Source: Amoebidium appalachense (lineage: Eukaryota; Protista; Ichthyosporea). From it: a stretch of 64,000 nucleotides of DNA. Positions 1-14,236 of this stretch are shown piece after piece (positions within the stretch are counted from its first letter, which is position 1; each line of letters begins with the position of its first letter). The position numbers were made by a program, and so were the translations under genes. The stretch lies in assembly GCA_963693365.1 (NCBI GenBank), contig CAVNZM010000016.1, forward strand, positions 6,741,029 to 6,805,028, given 5' to 3'. The notes beneath the pieces were generated by a model. It searched no databases. It was not told the origin of the DNA and saw only the letters and a program-made list of their open reading frames with translations.

Positions 1-249
1 GAGAGGGGGGGGGAGGGGGGAAGACAGGCAGGCACACCACATACATATCATACCACACACACACACACACACATGCATATCAACAAACACACACACAGAC
101 ACACACCTTCACACACACGAACACACACGTGTGACGCGCACACATGCTTGCATGGACACACACTCAGCAGAGCAGGAGAGAGGTATAAGCTTATAAGCTG
201 TGGCCTGCACATAGGGCCCGAAGTAGGGGCGGGGCCAGGCCGGGCCGGT

Positions 250-280
<31 letters not shown>

Positions 281-299
281 TCATTGCACTTTATTGGCT

Positions 300-330
<31 letters not shown>

Positions 331-371
331 GGGGGGGGACGGCACTCACACATATGGACATTCCTGCACAG

Positions 372-427
372 ACACCACCGGCCAAGTCAACAATGGGGTG
401 GACAAGGTGGTATGAGATCTCCCCCTC

Positions 428-474
<47 letters not shown>

Positions 475-1311
475 GGGCTCTGCTTATTATGCAAACTCTA
501 TGTATGGTTGGCACTCTGCACCGTGTTATTCGTTGTTCATGTGTATTTCGTACTTTATTATGCATTCAACCCCCCCCCCCCTCCCGTCTTGCCCTCAATC
601 CCGTCTTCCGATCTCGTGGGGTTTTGTTTTGGATGGTTCTGCATTGTTTGGAGGGTGCTTTAGGCGAGAGGGTTTGTCTCAACACAGCTTCTCGTCTTAG
701 TGCTGTATAGTTTTTTTAGGCCACGTTCTGGCTGATTTGTTTGTTTCTGTCTTTCCTTCCATCTTTCCATTTTTCATTTCCTCTTTCTCATTTCTTTCTG
801 CCTTTCTTTGCTTCGTGAGTCCCCCCCCCCCCCCCCCCCCCCCCTTTTCCTTTTTTTCTTTCTTTCTTTCTTTCTTTCTTCGTCTTTTTCTTCTTCTTCT
901 TCTTTTTTTTTGTGCTTGACAACCCCCCTCCCCTCCCCCCGGGCTTCCACCCCACGGTTCAACCCATTTGCTATACCATTTAACCAAATAAGGCTATTTG
1001 CAGGTGGGCGGCAGCCAATCAGTGACGAGGTATACCAGCGCACGTGCTTTGTTGGGGGCCTGAGGCCGCCAGTCAACGAGGATGTGCTGCATGGCCACTT
1101 CCAGGCCATAGGGCCCATCCACGAGATCAGACTCATACCAAATAAGGGGTAGGCACTACTCTTGATTTTAATTTTTATGTTCTTTCTTATAATCATTTTG
1201 ATTTTTAAAATCTGTTGCGACATCCAGTCTTTTCATCCCTGATTCCCCTCTCAACATGCTACTTCTTCATCCTGAAGACCCCGTGCAACATGCAGCCCCC
1301 CCCTCCCCAAC

Positions 1312-1342
<31 letters not shown>

Positions 1343-1785
1343 CCCCATGGGGTGGGGAGGGGGTGTGGGGGAGGGGGAGGGAGGGGGGGGGGGGGGGGGG
1401 GGCAGACCATCCTCTCCATCCTTCTCCATAGAAGTTGTGACACCTCCACCAGCTTCTTTTTTTGTGTGTGTAGGCTTGTGGGGATGGTGGGTGGGTGGGT
1501 GGGTGGGTGGGTGGGTGGGTGTGGGTGTGGGGGGGGGGGGGGGGGATATATGGTTGTATAATGGAGGTAGAGAAAATTGTGGTGTATGAACCTCAAGGCA
1601 TATTCGAAACCATTGAGGGCATCTGTTTGGCTTCCGGTGTGCTTGGTCCCATGGCTTTGGATGTTCTGGATGCCGACAACAAGTCCCCCCCCCTCCCCCC
1701 CCTCTCCCTCGGGCTCCCACTCCGAATCCTGCCCTTACCTTATTTTTGAGATTTTTAAGGCACCCATTCCCCACACACACGCGCG

Positions 1786-1816
<31 letters not shown>

Positions 1817-2242
1817 GTGAATGACATGTGCGCCTCTCAGGATGGGCACTGTTTATGATGCATATGCTTTGTGTATGCTCTGCAAAATGTGTTGTGAAGT
1901 ACGTCGTGAATGTGTAGTTCGTACTCTGTAACACACTCTAACACCCCCCCCCCATGCACATACGAGATCACACACTCACACAGGCAGACACATTCACACG
2001 AAACCCCACACACACACACACACACTCACACACTCACACACACGTACACGTACACAGCATTGCGTTTATCACGTTTGGAGACCCCTCATGTGTGGATTCA
2101 GCCATCCGCACGCTCAACAACGAACCTCTCACCCTCCTGAACGGCCAACCCTGCCACATACGTGTGAGCCATGCAAAGAGGCCAAACAGCCAACACCACC
2201 AGCCGAGACAGCCCTCGTCTACGTGGACAGACCAGGGTATGT

Positions 2243-2293
<51 letters not shown>

Positions 2294-2600
2294 CTTCTGG
2301 TGGTCTGTTGCTTGTTGTGTGGGTATTCGACTCCCCCCCCCCCCCCCCCTTTCCCCACCTTCCCCCTCCCTCTCCCCCTTTCTTCGTGATGTGTGTGTGT
2401 ATGATGGTGTGGTGTTTGGGTGGGGTTGAGGTTGGGGGGGGGACGGAGATGGGTGTCGCGAATGCCATCCCTAATGTTTTTCTCTGAGACCACTTACCTA
2501 ATCCCCCTCCCCCCCCCCCCCCCCCCCCCCCCACCCACCCCACCACCACCACCACCACCACCACCACCACCACCCAAAAAAAAAAAAAAAAAAAAAAAAG

Positions 2601-2639
<39 letters not shown>

Positions 2640-2715
2640 AACACGAGCATGTACATGCACACGTGACACACAATACACCATGCGTGCCTCACACGAGTGT
2701 GTACACACACGCGCG

Positions 2716-2763
<48 letters not shown>

Positions 2764-2852
2764 CCGCACATGCACGCACACGCGCACACACACACACACA
2801 TACAACACACGCACACACACACACACACACACACAAACACCGTACATGCACG

Positions 2853-2903
<51 letters not shown>

Positions 2904-3159
2904 TCACATACAGATTCGAATCCACCCGAGAACAACCAACCACCGGTAAGTCCCTCTCTCCCTCACTCCCCTCCCAGAAAAAAGGCTAATAATTTCAGTT
3001 TGGTCATTCTGAACTCATGTTTTCTTTTTTCCTTCCCACAATCATGATTGTAGTGTGTGCACATAAATGCTAAAATTCTGTGTGCCTGTGCATCATGTGT
3101 TGCTGCGTGCGGATGTTGGTGTGTTAGGATTGGCGTCAGGGGCAGGTGGGTGGTCTGCC

Positions 3160-3198
<39 letters not shown>

Positions 3199-3487
3199 CT
3201 TGCATACGAATCGTACATTGCCTACCGACAGCCACACGCACACAAGGACGATGGGGCTAGATAAATAAGCAGGCGATTGATTAACCTTCCCCCCCCCCCC
3301 CCCCCCCCCCACAACCCCCAACCCGACCCGTCTGCACACACACACACACACATGTACGCACGTGCGCATACACACGCACACACGCACGCACACACGCACA
3401 CAGCCACACCGCGGGTCGGAGGATAAGTTGCAGCTGGAGAGGAGGGAGTCACGTGATCGCGAGATGGTCACCTACAGCGACCTCTGA
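372..3487 (+). CDS. RRM-domain RNA-binding protein, 3' part (5' end lies upstream of the window); exons 372-409, 1004-1148, 2058-2236, 2914-2945, 3404-3487
   Basis: GT-AG exons join in frame. RNP2-like TCFVGGL and RNP1-like KGIAFITF are split across an intron, followed by the IRVSHAK beta strand; the protein ends REMVTYSDL* (TGA 3485-3487). Exon 372-409 is the least certain. Confidence 0.8.
473..569 (+). mobile_element. 5'-truncated copy of the poly(C) element
   Basis: GGGCTCTGCTTATTATGC...TTCGTACTTT..ATGCATTCAA between two poly-C tracts. Confidence 0.75.
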
Positions 3488-4054
3488 GCTATTTTTGGCT
3501 GCTGTGTGTGTACATACGGCACGAACCTATCATTAATAGAGTATTTGTGGAAGGATTATTATTCACCTGGCAGGGAATGAGTCAGAGACGTGTTCCCTAT
3601 ATTTTTTGAATCTTTTGACAGCAAACATGTTGCTAAATTAGGAAATTATGGTTCGGAATCTTGTCGTGAGGATATTGCTTGCAAGCACACACCTAACGCA
3701 CTGTGAGTCGTGAGGATATTGCTTGCAAGCACACACCTAACGCACTGTGAGACTCAGAAAACCATTGTCGTGAGTTTTAGCGTGGGGAAAGAGGGAAACG
3801 CCAATATGCAAATTGGCGTTCGCAATATAAATTCTCGAGAAACCACCGGGTTTCTTCATGTTATGTATTCCCTGTGAATACAAGAACTACATACCTGGGT
3901 AGTAATGTTGCAGGACTGCTAAAGTTTGGCAATATGGGCTGATATTATTCATAATACCAGGCCGGGTACATGACACATGCATGCACAATAAAAAAGCACA
4001 AACAAGCACAGCATATAAATTTAAGCCGGGGTTTGAGGTTTGAATTCAGAAACT

Positions 4055-4095
<41 letters not shown>

Positions 4096-4133
4096 CAAAA
4101 AACACATACACGTAGTGCACACCGGTTCAACCC

Positions 4134-4165
<32 letters not shown>

Positions 4166-4603
4166 ACAGTGGTCTGTCCTTTCAGGACAGACCACTGTGT
4201 GGAGACCGCTTTACTTCCATGCAACCGGGCATGGTTGCTCTTGTGTCGTGCATCTGTAAGCACATACGCATTTTTCGCTGCACTGCTTTAGTTTGCATAC
4301 ACATCTTCACCGTTTTGCTCACCTTGCTTGCATAAGCAACCCTGCTCGTCTTTGATCAAGACGGGTTGACCCGCCCAAGTTCAGTTGATGCTGCTGTCTG
4401 AGTTGGAGCGTCGTATATACGCGGGCTAAGGGGTCGAAACTCAGACGCAATTGATGACTTGGGTCCTCCCTGAGGATGGGCTCTGCTTATGACGCATACT
4501 GTGCACATGGCTGATGTTGCATACTTGAATGTTTGCCTTTGCATGTGTCCTGCACCATGCTTCTCGTCGTGTATGCGTACTTCGTACCGTGTTCCGCATT
4601 CAA
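4166..4603 (+). mobile_element. Poly(C)-flanked element, subfamily B, with a fold-back at its 5' end
   Basis: Matches the reverse complement of 40528-40972; shares the core GCATAAGCAACCCTGCTCGTC...GTCGAAACTC...CTGAGGATGGGCTCTGCTTAT and the CATTCAA-C(n) end with subfamily A. Confidence 0.85.
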
Positions 4604-5032
4604 CCCCCCCCCCCCCCCCCCCCCCCCCCCACACACACACACCATGACATGTACACACAGTCACTGCACACACACGTGCACAGCACATACGCACCGTGAC
4701 ACACACTGACAGTGCGCACACAGGCACACACATGTATGTACGTAAACAAGCGCACGCACACACACACACACACACATGCACATTTTTGAAACAAGATATT
4801 TGCGGATATTGAGTGCCGTCAGAAATCTCCTCTCTCTCTCTCTCTCTCTCTCTCCCCCCCCCCCCCTCCCCCCCTTCCCTCCTCTTCATATCCTCTTCCT
4901 CTAGCTCTCTCTCTCTCTCTCTTTCTCTCTCTCGGTCTCTCTCCTACCCTCCCTTCCTCCCCCCCCCCCCCCCCCCCGGGGCCCCTCCCCCCCCCCCCCC
5001 CCCCCCAATGCCCCCCCCCCCCCCCCCATTCC

Positions 5033-5065
<33 letters not shown>

Positions 5066-5863
5066 TGGCCCCCTTCATGACCGGCCGCCCGCCTCCCTCG
5101 GGCCCCCCAGCCCCGGGGCCCTGGTAGTACATGTAATATTGATATTAGACACCAGAGCATAATTATAAAGACACCGAAACATCGGAATTTCGCGTACACT
5201 TCGCGCTTCAAAAATCAATATCTTTCGCCTTTTTCATTTTTATTTTTTCATAGGTTGAACACACATGCATGCAACAACGTGGCTCGTGACTCGTGAGCCG
5301 CGGCACACTCTACGAATGGTGCAAAGTCATGTGTGTGCTTTAAAAGTAGCTCAGTGGGTGTCCATTCTGTAGCGAATCAAATCACGGTACTGTTTTGCAG
5401 TTAACCATTTATGGGTAAGCATTTTTGTTTCACAGCAAATCTTTTTCTTTAATAGTTACCCGGTGAAATCCGCCAAGCGTAAGATCGATCCGATTGGCAT
5501 AAAACACTGCCGATATCGATGACGTAATGACCGCCAGGATACTAAATATAGCCTTGTTTCCCCAATGTTATTGTGGGCCAAGACTATAAATAACCCAGAT
5601 CCAGTGGGCCAAGAATGAACCTCGTGGCCCACTAAACTGTGACGTATGCGCGCGGCCGCGCCACGACCACATGCAAAACTCAGTGGCACACGCGCGCACA
5701 CAGACACACGCACACACGTTGACTCAGCCAGTTGTCAGGGTTTCTCTGCTCGCCTAGCGGATTTTTTTAGTGTCTCCGCTAGTGTCTAAGCAAGCTTAAG
5801 TAGGCTATACAGGCATTCATTCTCCTTTATTTTAGTGCTCATCTTTCAGAGTAATCTGGCAAA

Positions 5864-6847
5864 ATGGCCGCTACAGGTGCCCCATACAACCCCATGTTCG
5901 CCCAGGCTCCCCGCCCGGCACCCGCCGAGGCGCCAAAGAAGAAATGGTCCGACCTGGACCTGCCCTACCCTGGGCCGTTCGAGATGCTGCACCAGGACGT
6001 GAAGAGTATGTGCCATGTTTTTACTTTTCCTTCTTGATTTACAGTGATTGATGTTGGCTGTTGACTGTTGTGGTTGTTGGCTTGGGATATGGGTACGAGA
6101 GAGCGGAAGGGAGGGGGAGTTGGGGAGGGGAAGGGGTGGAGGGGGATAGGTGAGACTGGAGAAGCATGACATGGGGTGCCCATTGTGGTGGTTGTGAGTG
6201 CGGGTAGGGGGTTTTTAATGTCAAACGTGTGTGGGACTAAGGGGTAGCGCATGACGTCGTAAAGAGATGTGGTGAGGCGCTTCAAGTTTTTGGGTCAGTA
6301 GAATTAGGTTAGTACCGGAATCGGAGGTTAGGGGAGTTTACCCGGGAGTGGGGGGGGAGGGGGAGGAGCTGTGCATGTGGGGGGGTGAAGGGAAGGGGTG
6401 GTGGTGGTGGTGGCTTTGGTGGGGGGGGGGGGGGGGGGGGTTAGACCTAATGTGGCCTTCCGTGCCTGGAGGCGGCTGGAGCAGGTCTTTTTTTTTCTCT
6501 CTGGGGGGAGGGGAGAGAGGAAGGGGAAGGGGAGGATAAGGTGGATGGAGTAAAATTTGCGCGGGGGAGGTATATGGTGGATGGAGCCAAAAGGGGGGGA
6601 GGGGGGGAGGGGAGGGGCTTGTGTGCCTTGTGATGATTGCTACTTTCCTTACCTTTTCCACACTCGTTGCAAAAAACTTACACTCGTTTTTGACTGTTAG
6701 TTCGTAGCCCAGGCTGCACTATCTTCGACCCGAAATGCCCTTTGAGATGCAAAGAAACACATAAGACGCATACAGAGAGACACATAAACACGTACTCTCA
6801 TACATTCGTGCAGGCGATGCACACACACGTGTGCACCCACACACATA

Positions 6848-6917
<70 letters not shown>

Positions 6918-7373
6918 CCACAGACACACACCGTCTTCACCATCTTGAATATGGTCATTTAGAGATCTTGGCACAGGGAATTCTTGCACATGCTCTGCCT
7001 TTTCAATTCATGAATTCTGAACCTAAGCACATCGTTGCACTCCTTTCGTGTGAAGGGCTTTGCTGCCTTTGCTTTCGAACATGGGACCGACCATTGTATA
7101 TTTCAAGCACACATCACTCTTACCATGACCTAAACATATCTTCCCCTTTGGGTACTGTGGGGACCCGCCCCCCCCCCCCCCCCCCCCCCCCCCGCGGAAA
7201 ATGGGTGCTGTTTGTGCGTGCTTTGCAAGATTCGTATGGTGCTCTTCGTTCTTCGTAGCCCATTGTCAACTGGGTTCTGCTTAATGTGCATACTCTTTGT
7301 GTGTGGTTTTTCCCCTGCACTTGTTTAACGTCATGAATGTGTGCCTCGTACTCTGTAACACACTTTAAACCCT

Positions 7374-7410
<37 letters not shown>

Positions 7411-8256
7411 CCCCCCCCCAGGGGAATAGGTCGAAACTCGGGTACTGTGGATGACGTGGGCCCCCCCTGAGGTTGGGCTCTGCTTATTATGCATACTCTT
7501 TATGTATGGCTTGCATTCTGCATCGTGTTATCCGTTTGTTCTTGTGTACTTCGTACTTTTTGACGCATTCAAACCCCCCCCCCCCCCCCCTCTTCCGATG
7601 CTTACATGTTGCATGCTTCCCGTGCTGCCTTTGTTCATTCATTTCCTGCGCTGTGTGTGTGTTTGATGTTGTACATCTGTTATTCGTGGGGTATTATTTC
7701 TCTTCCCCCACCCACCCACCCATGTTCATGTGAAACAGTATCTGAGTTGGGTTTCGTTAACTAGGTGAATGGGTCGAAACTCGGGTACTGTGGATGACAT
7801 GCCTCCCCCCCTCCCCCCCCCCCCCCCCCCCCCCCCGGAGGATGCGCTCTGCTTATTTTATAACTCTTTATGTGTGGTTTGCACTCTGCATCGTGTTCTC
7901 CGTTGTTTATGTGTGCTTCGTACTTAGTAGCGCACGCAACCCCCCCCCCCCCCCAAATAAATAAATAAAATAAAATAAAATAAAATAAAAAACAACTACC
8001 GCACTTTCCCCTTTTTCTATACCTTTGTGTAAACACAACACAAGTTTCCTTGGGTTGTCCTACTACTCCCCCCCCCCCCCCCCCTGACTGGAATAGTCAT
8101 CTACACAGCTTCTTTGTATGCCTCAGAGTCTAACCTGTTCCCCTTTTTGTGTGCTTGCTTCCAAACACGTGCACACACACAATCACACTTGCATTCTTGC
8201 ACACGCACGCACATCTACACACACACACGCACCCGTACACACGTATACATGCACAT

Positions 8257-8288
<32 letters not shown>

Positions 8289-8503
8289 CCATGCTTGCCA
8301 ATGCGTACCTGATCGATGGGCTCAAGTTTGCCACCAGCAAGCCCCTGTCCAACCAGTTCCAGGTCAGCCACACCATCACAATGGGCGGGACCCCAGCCAT
8401 GCACTTTGGCGCCACATATGTTGGCAACTTCAACCCAAACAGCCCGGACGTACGTTGCCCCTCCCTCTCTCTCTTTCTCTCTTTCTCTCTCACTATCTGT
8501 CTC

Positions 8504-8562
<59 letters not shown>

Positions 8563-8666
8563 ACACCTTTTTTCCTAAAGAAAGTATACACACGACAACG
8601 GGACACACCGTGCGCAACAACACACATCTCTCGCTCTTCCTTGCTCCATCTCCTCCAACCTCACCT

Positions 8667-8697
<31 letters not shown>

Positions 8698-8858
8698 GCT
8701 CTCTCTCTCAGCTGCATGGGTCTGTTGATCGTTATTGAAATATTGCTGTGTTTTCTTTTGTCTATATGCCTGATTGCAGGTACTTTGATGTTAGAGTTGT
8801 TTTTTCTTTTTCTTTTTTAGCCGCTCTTGTTGGGCATCCCTGAGGGAGGTTTGTGTAT

Positions 8859-8889
<31 letters not shown>

Positions 8890-8937
8890 GGGGGGGGGCA
8901 TGAGATAAGAGAGAGAACCTTGTAACAGGTGCTCCCC

Positions 8938-8968
<31 letters not shown>

Positions 8969-10953
8969 ACACACACACACCCTAGGTTCTACCTACGTTG
9001 CCTGCATGCTCTTTGCCTGTGCCCATATTTTGCCTAGCCGCTTAACTTTATTTGCTGCAACAAACTCACAATCATTTATCGTATACCACACACCTATCCC
9101 CCCCCCCCCCCCCCCCCAGGCTGCCTCCCCCGTGCTCGTGAGCGACATCGACACGGAGGGCAATCTGATGGCACAGGTACACTACAACATCACAAGAGCC
9201 CTGCGCGGAAAATTCGTCTACCAGGTATAGAACCCCCCCCCCTGCCCCCTTCCCCTTCCTTCCCGAGAGCACATGGCACACCCCTTCCCCCCCCCCCCCC
9301 CCCCCCCACCCCCCGGCGGCTCTCTTCCCTTTTCGGGTACTGCGGATGACTTGGCCCCTTCTGCAGATCGGCTCTGCCTACTATGTGTACTCTTTATGTG
9401 TGGTTTGCTCTCTGCATTATGCTGTCCGGTAGGAATGTGTACTTCATACTCCTTTAACGCACTCTAGACCCCCCCCCCCCCCCCCGGGCTCCCCCTGTTT
9501 GCGTCTTTTTGGGTTGAAAGAGCAGCCGATTTGGCACGATTACGGAAACCACTCTTGGATCTGCAGACTTGTGATGGGTATACTTTTGGTTTGGGATCCA
9601 GATTTTTTCGGTGCGTGCGTGTGTGAGTTGTGTGTGTGTCCGGGGGGTAGGGGGGGGGTTGTGTATGTCACTGCACAGTGCATAGGCACGCCCACACATA
9701 GACACACACACACAACACCTTTGCTGCAAAGAGGCAAGAAGGGATGCAAGCACAACTTAATATACACTCCTTTCATCCCCTCCACACACACACACATAAC
9801 CCTGTTTTCCGCTTGGTGTGATGAGATCCTCCCCCCCCCCCCCCCCCCCCCCCCCCTAAATTGCTTGAACGCCTGCACCAGCTGTCGTTGCACCTGGTTC
9901 GGTGCAGCAAGCCAGCCAGCCAGCCCCCCTCCCCCCCCGGGGGGGCGCACACAGATCACAAGCACATGCATGCCCGCAAGCACTTTTTCGAAGATAAACT
10001 TACACACACGTACACGTGGACGTGCACGCGCACCGATAGGTCTTGTTTTATTCTCGCGCCTACGACACCAAATACCCTACGTTGGGGTGGGGATTGACAG
10101 CCACTTGTCCATTTTGCGGGGGGGGTTTTAAAAATATGATTTTAGTGTTAATATTTATGTATCTAATCTGATTGGCTGCTTATTGTGCAGACTGCCGGCA
10201 AGGCTGAGGTAAAAACATTCGAGCTTGGCTACAAGGGCAAAGACTTCGACGCAAACGTGAAGGTGCGTGCAGTGGTGGTGCATAGGTTACATGAGTGTGC
10301 AGCATACGCACGTGATGCATGTATTCAGGCACACACACAACACAGGGGCACGTTTACAAATTCTGCATATGCACATGCCGGGAATTCCCGCACGCACAAA
10401 GGTGTTCATTATCTTCCTTGTAAAATGAGGGGGCCGGGGGGGGGGGGGGGGGGGATATTGGGGGGCTGTTCACCACCCTTCTCTATAGCAGACATGTTGT
10501 TGTCGTTGTTGTTTTTTTTTTTTGTTGTTTTTTTCACCGATCGTAAAATCTTTGTACTACCCATCGATGTGGTTTTTTATAGCTTCTATGCACACCTTCT
10601 ACCTTCCCCCCCCCCACCAACCACCATCCCCGCCCCTCCTTTTCTTTCCTCGACTCCCTTGTTCCCTTATGGATTCAACCTTGGCGAGCACATATGCAGA
10701 TGCAGTAGAACCGTTTAAGGGGTCTGTTTGAATTTCCCGGGACGGGTCAGACTGCAATAGTTGGGCACGATTTGCGCCTTCTTGACCCGAAAGGCCCAGT
10801 AATTTGGTTCAAGGAACCGTCTTTAATGTAGTACAACCCAGCCTCCTTTGGTGTTGGGATGGGGCGGGCTTTGGACTCTCTGTTGCTTGCATGATATTCC
10901 AGTTTCAGTTGTAGTTTCTGATCTGACTAGACCAGACCTACCCTTGCATGCAT

Positions 10954-11019
<66 letters not shown>

Positions 11020-11268
11020 ACAAACACACACAGCTCATCAACCCCGACCTGATGACGGAGAGTGGGTCACTTGTTGCCAGCTACTTCCAAAGCATCACAA
11101 AGAATTTCGCCCTGGGAGGTTCGTGATCCCCCCTCCCCCCCCCCCCCCCCCCCCCCCCACCCTACCCCACCCAACCACCCTGAGAGCCCATTTGGGCTCT
11201 GCATACTGTGCATGTGTTTTGCAAATCTCCAATTTGTTGTCCGTTTTGAATCAGTCCTTCATACTTCG

Positions 11269-11309
<41 letters not shown>

Positions 11310-11911
11310 GGGAGCTTATTATGCATACTCTTTGTGTGGTTTGCACTCTGCATTGCATTGTCTGTTGTGAATGTGTACTTCATGCTCTTTTTACACATTT
11401 TACCCCCCCCCCCCCCCCCCCAAAAAAAAAAAGGGGGGGGGGGAGAAGAAAACGAAAAATTGGGAAAGGAAATCACCAACGTCACCGCAAACACACCCAT
11501 ATCTGTATGAACCTTGCATCACCCTCACTTCCCCTCCCCTTCCTCTCCTCCTTTGTTTTCCTCCTCTAACACACACTCACACTCACACTCACACACCCTT
11601 TTTTCTATTCCTGCCTCTTCCCCTTTACACACACGTACACGTACACACACACACACACACACACACCCTTCCCTCTTTCTATTCCTGCCTCCTTCCCTTC
11701 ACACACACGTACATATACACACACACACACGTACACGTAAAGGTGAGATGCTCTACCAGTTCCACGGGGGCATGGAGGAGGCCGGTCTGTCTTTTGCTGG
11801 GCGCTATCGGGGGGAGAAGGGCAGCTTCACCCTCAACGCATCCCCAATGGGCACACTTATGGCTAGCTACCTGCACAGGATCAACGAGAAGGTGGGTGTG
11901 CAGGTGGGATT

Positions 11912-11942
<31 letters not shown>

Positions 11943-13046
11943 GGGGGGGAGAGTATTTGTCCGACAGGATTATCGGATCTTTTCGCATCCCCTAGGGGTC
12001 GGGGGTGGTGTGCGTGTGTTTGTGTGTGTGTGTGTGTGTGTGTTTGGTGTGTGTGTGTGTGTGTGTGTTTGGTGTGTGTGTGCGTGTGTTTGGTGTGTGG
12101 GGGGGAAGGCTGTGAGGAGGGGGGGGGGGGGGGGATAAATGGAAAGAGGTTGCGGTTGGTGAGGAGGAATGAAGAAGGGTTTTGTGGTAGGGGCATAGTT
12201 GGTGACAATGCTTGGAACAAAGGCTGAAAGGCTGTTGAAGAATCCAAGATTTGATATCGAACAATAATAAAACTAATGCTGTGTTTTGATTGGGCAGGTG
12301 TCACTGGGCACGGAGATTGAGGCCAACATTGCCACCAAGGACAGTCTGGTGTCGGTCGGCTACCAGTTCGACCTGCGCTCACAGTGTGTGCGCGGCCAGG
12401 TACGTGTGGGTGTGGGTGTGTGCGTGTGTGCGCGCGCGCGCGTGTGTGTGTGTTCACAGTGTATGTGTGTTCACAGTGTGTGCGCGGCCATGTACGTGTG
12501 TGTGTGTGTGTGTGTGTGTTTCTGTCGGTACCCGTATGTGATCGACCGACCGACTTGTTGACGGTTGTACATGAACATTTTTGCGTGAAGTGTGTGTGTG
12601 TGTGTTCATGTTTGCGTCCGTGTGGATGGGGCGTCCGTGTGGATGGGTGATGCGCGTGTATCCGTGTGAATATGCGGACGCTTGTACGTGTGTGTATGTC
12701 CGCGGGTGTGGCTCAAGTGTGTGTGTGGCTGTGCTCCGTATGGTGCGAGTGGTTGGGCAGGTGTGCTCTTGGTTTGCTTTGTGTGTGTATATGTGCGCGA
12801 TTTGGGTTGCTTTCGGTGATGTGGCTGTGGGAATGTTAAAATGGAGGATTGGTTGGGATTTAACCAAAGGATTTGATTGGTTGGGATTTAATCAAATGAT
12901 TTGATTGGCAGGTGGACAGCAAGGGTGTGATTTCGGCGGTGGTGGAGAACAAGATGGGACCAGCGCTCAGTTTGGTGCTGACCGGCTCGTTGGATCACGT
13001 TACGGGCAAGAGCTTCTTTGGTATTGGCTTCATGCTGGGCGCTTAG
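5864..13046 (+). CDS. TOM40: Mitochondrial outer membrane translocase pore TOM40; 8 exons 5864-6005, 8289-8449, 9120-9224, 10191-10262, 11034-11118, 11743-11891, 12298-12399, 12912-13046
   Basis: All junctions are GT-AG and phase-consistent. Translation has Tom40 hallmarks: PYPGPFEMLHQDVK, DGLKF..SKPLSNQFQVSHT, SDIDTEGNL, SYFQSITKNFALGGE, VGYQFDL, RGQVDSKG, and a C-terminal beta-signal KSFFGIGFMLG. Confidence 0.93.
7200..7940 (+). mobile_element. Cluster of three truncated or diverged poly(C)-element copies (about 7200-7368, 7421-7573, 7720-7940) in TOM40 intron 1
   Basis: 7421-7573 is nearly identical to the 3' 150 bp of 62111-62676; the other two share the core motifs and the terminal C-run. 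Confidence 0.75.
11193..11403 (+). mobile_element. Two short diverged poly(C)-element 3' fragments
   Basis: GGGCTCTGC.. and GCTTATTATGCATACTCTTT..GTGTACTTC motifs, each ending in a C-run. Confidence 0.6.
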
Positions 13047-13935
13047 ACCAATGGGAACGGCCAGGCGCCTTCCATTTATGGCAAGAAGAATGTGGGATTG
13101 AATGGATGGTATGAACACGATTAGGCGCGATATACCGCCGAATGTTTTTCCCTTTCCTTGTTTTTTCGTTTTTTCGTTTGGTTTTGGTGGGTTTGGGCAT
13201 TTTCATGCGATTTTTCTGGATGGATACATGCGCTGTGCAGGCTTAGGCACAGCGAATGGTCGTGTAGAATGTCGGGCTGCAGCTTGATGCATACCACATG
13301 TGGACCAACATGTATATTTCCATATATGGCATATGACTGAGCACTCTGATTGGATGCACCTAATAAACACGAACAGCCTGAGTGTATTACGCTGTGCACA
13401 GGGTGCGGGGTGCTCTCACAACGGTTACCCTCAACTCTGTGTGCAGACACTTCTATTGAGCTTAGCCCAACGCATTGATCATGGGGCATGAGTGTGCATA
13501 AGTTACATACGCGTGTACGGGGGAGTAGCCGGCATGCACACAGCGACTCGCATGCATATGCATGCAAGCGGAGATCTAGACTGCAGACTATCAGAACTTA
13601 GTCGACGTCCCCGGCATGTACATCTCCCACAGCCACGTCCACAGCTTAAATTCAACCGGGTGCCACGTGCACCATGGCCAGCATGATGCGCTGGCGGGCT
13701 GAGCTGACAGCAAGCGGGCGCTCGCCAGCTACTTGCCCGCGTACGGTGCAAGCTCGATCCTCTCCCTGGGTGGGAGGGAGGCGTGGCCGGGGAATAGATC
13801 TGGCAGTGTTAGGATGACGGTGAGGTGGGTGGATGGGGTGGGTGCAAGTGCACGGGTGCCCCTGGGTGCCACGTGGATATCGGGGTCGGCGCACCGGGGT
13901 GGGCCGGGTGGGTAGGCCCGAGTGAGTGGGTGCAG

Positions 13936-13974
<39 letters not shown>

Positions 13975-13984
<10 letters not shown>

Positions 13985-14217
13985 AGCATTTGGGCTGATT
14001 GTACATTTATCAAGCTGTTCACATGTAGGTGTAGCTTAGCAAAGACATGGACAGCATTCAGTAAACCTTTAGTTTCTTTTCAGTATGGAGGGGGGGGGGG
14101 GGGGGGGGGGACAGCATTTGGGCTGATTGTACATTTATCAAGCTGTTCACATGTAGGTGTAGCTTAGCAAAGACATGGACAGCATTCAGTAAACCTTTAG
14201 TTTCTTTTCAGTATGGA
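13975..14217. repeat. Tandem duplication of a ~110-bp unit, each copy preceded by a G-run
   Basis: GGACAGCATTTGGGCTGATTG...TTTCAGTATGGAG occurs twice. Confidence 0.9.
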
Positions 14218-14236
14218 GAGGTTAATAAGTTTTTAG

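Noticed and set aside
248-279. Poly-G tracts as two-colour sequencing artefacts
   Set aside because: Poly-C is equally common, long tracts avoid exons and sit reproducibly at element ends; exact run lengths may still be unreliable.
4431-4481. Hammerhead ribozyme suggested by CGAAAC plus CTGAGGA in the poly(C) element
   Set aside because: The required stem II and stem III pairings cannot be formed; these bases are better explained by the other covarying stems.
4940-5127. Proline-rich ORF as last exon of the RRM gene
   Set aside because: The gene already terminates in frame at 3487; this is C-run low complexity.
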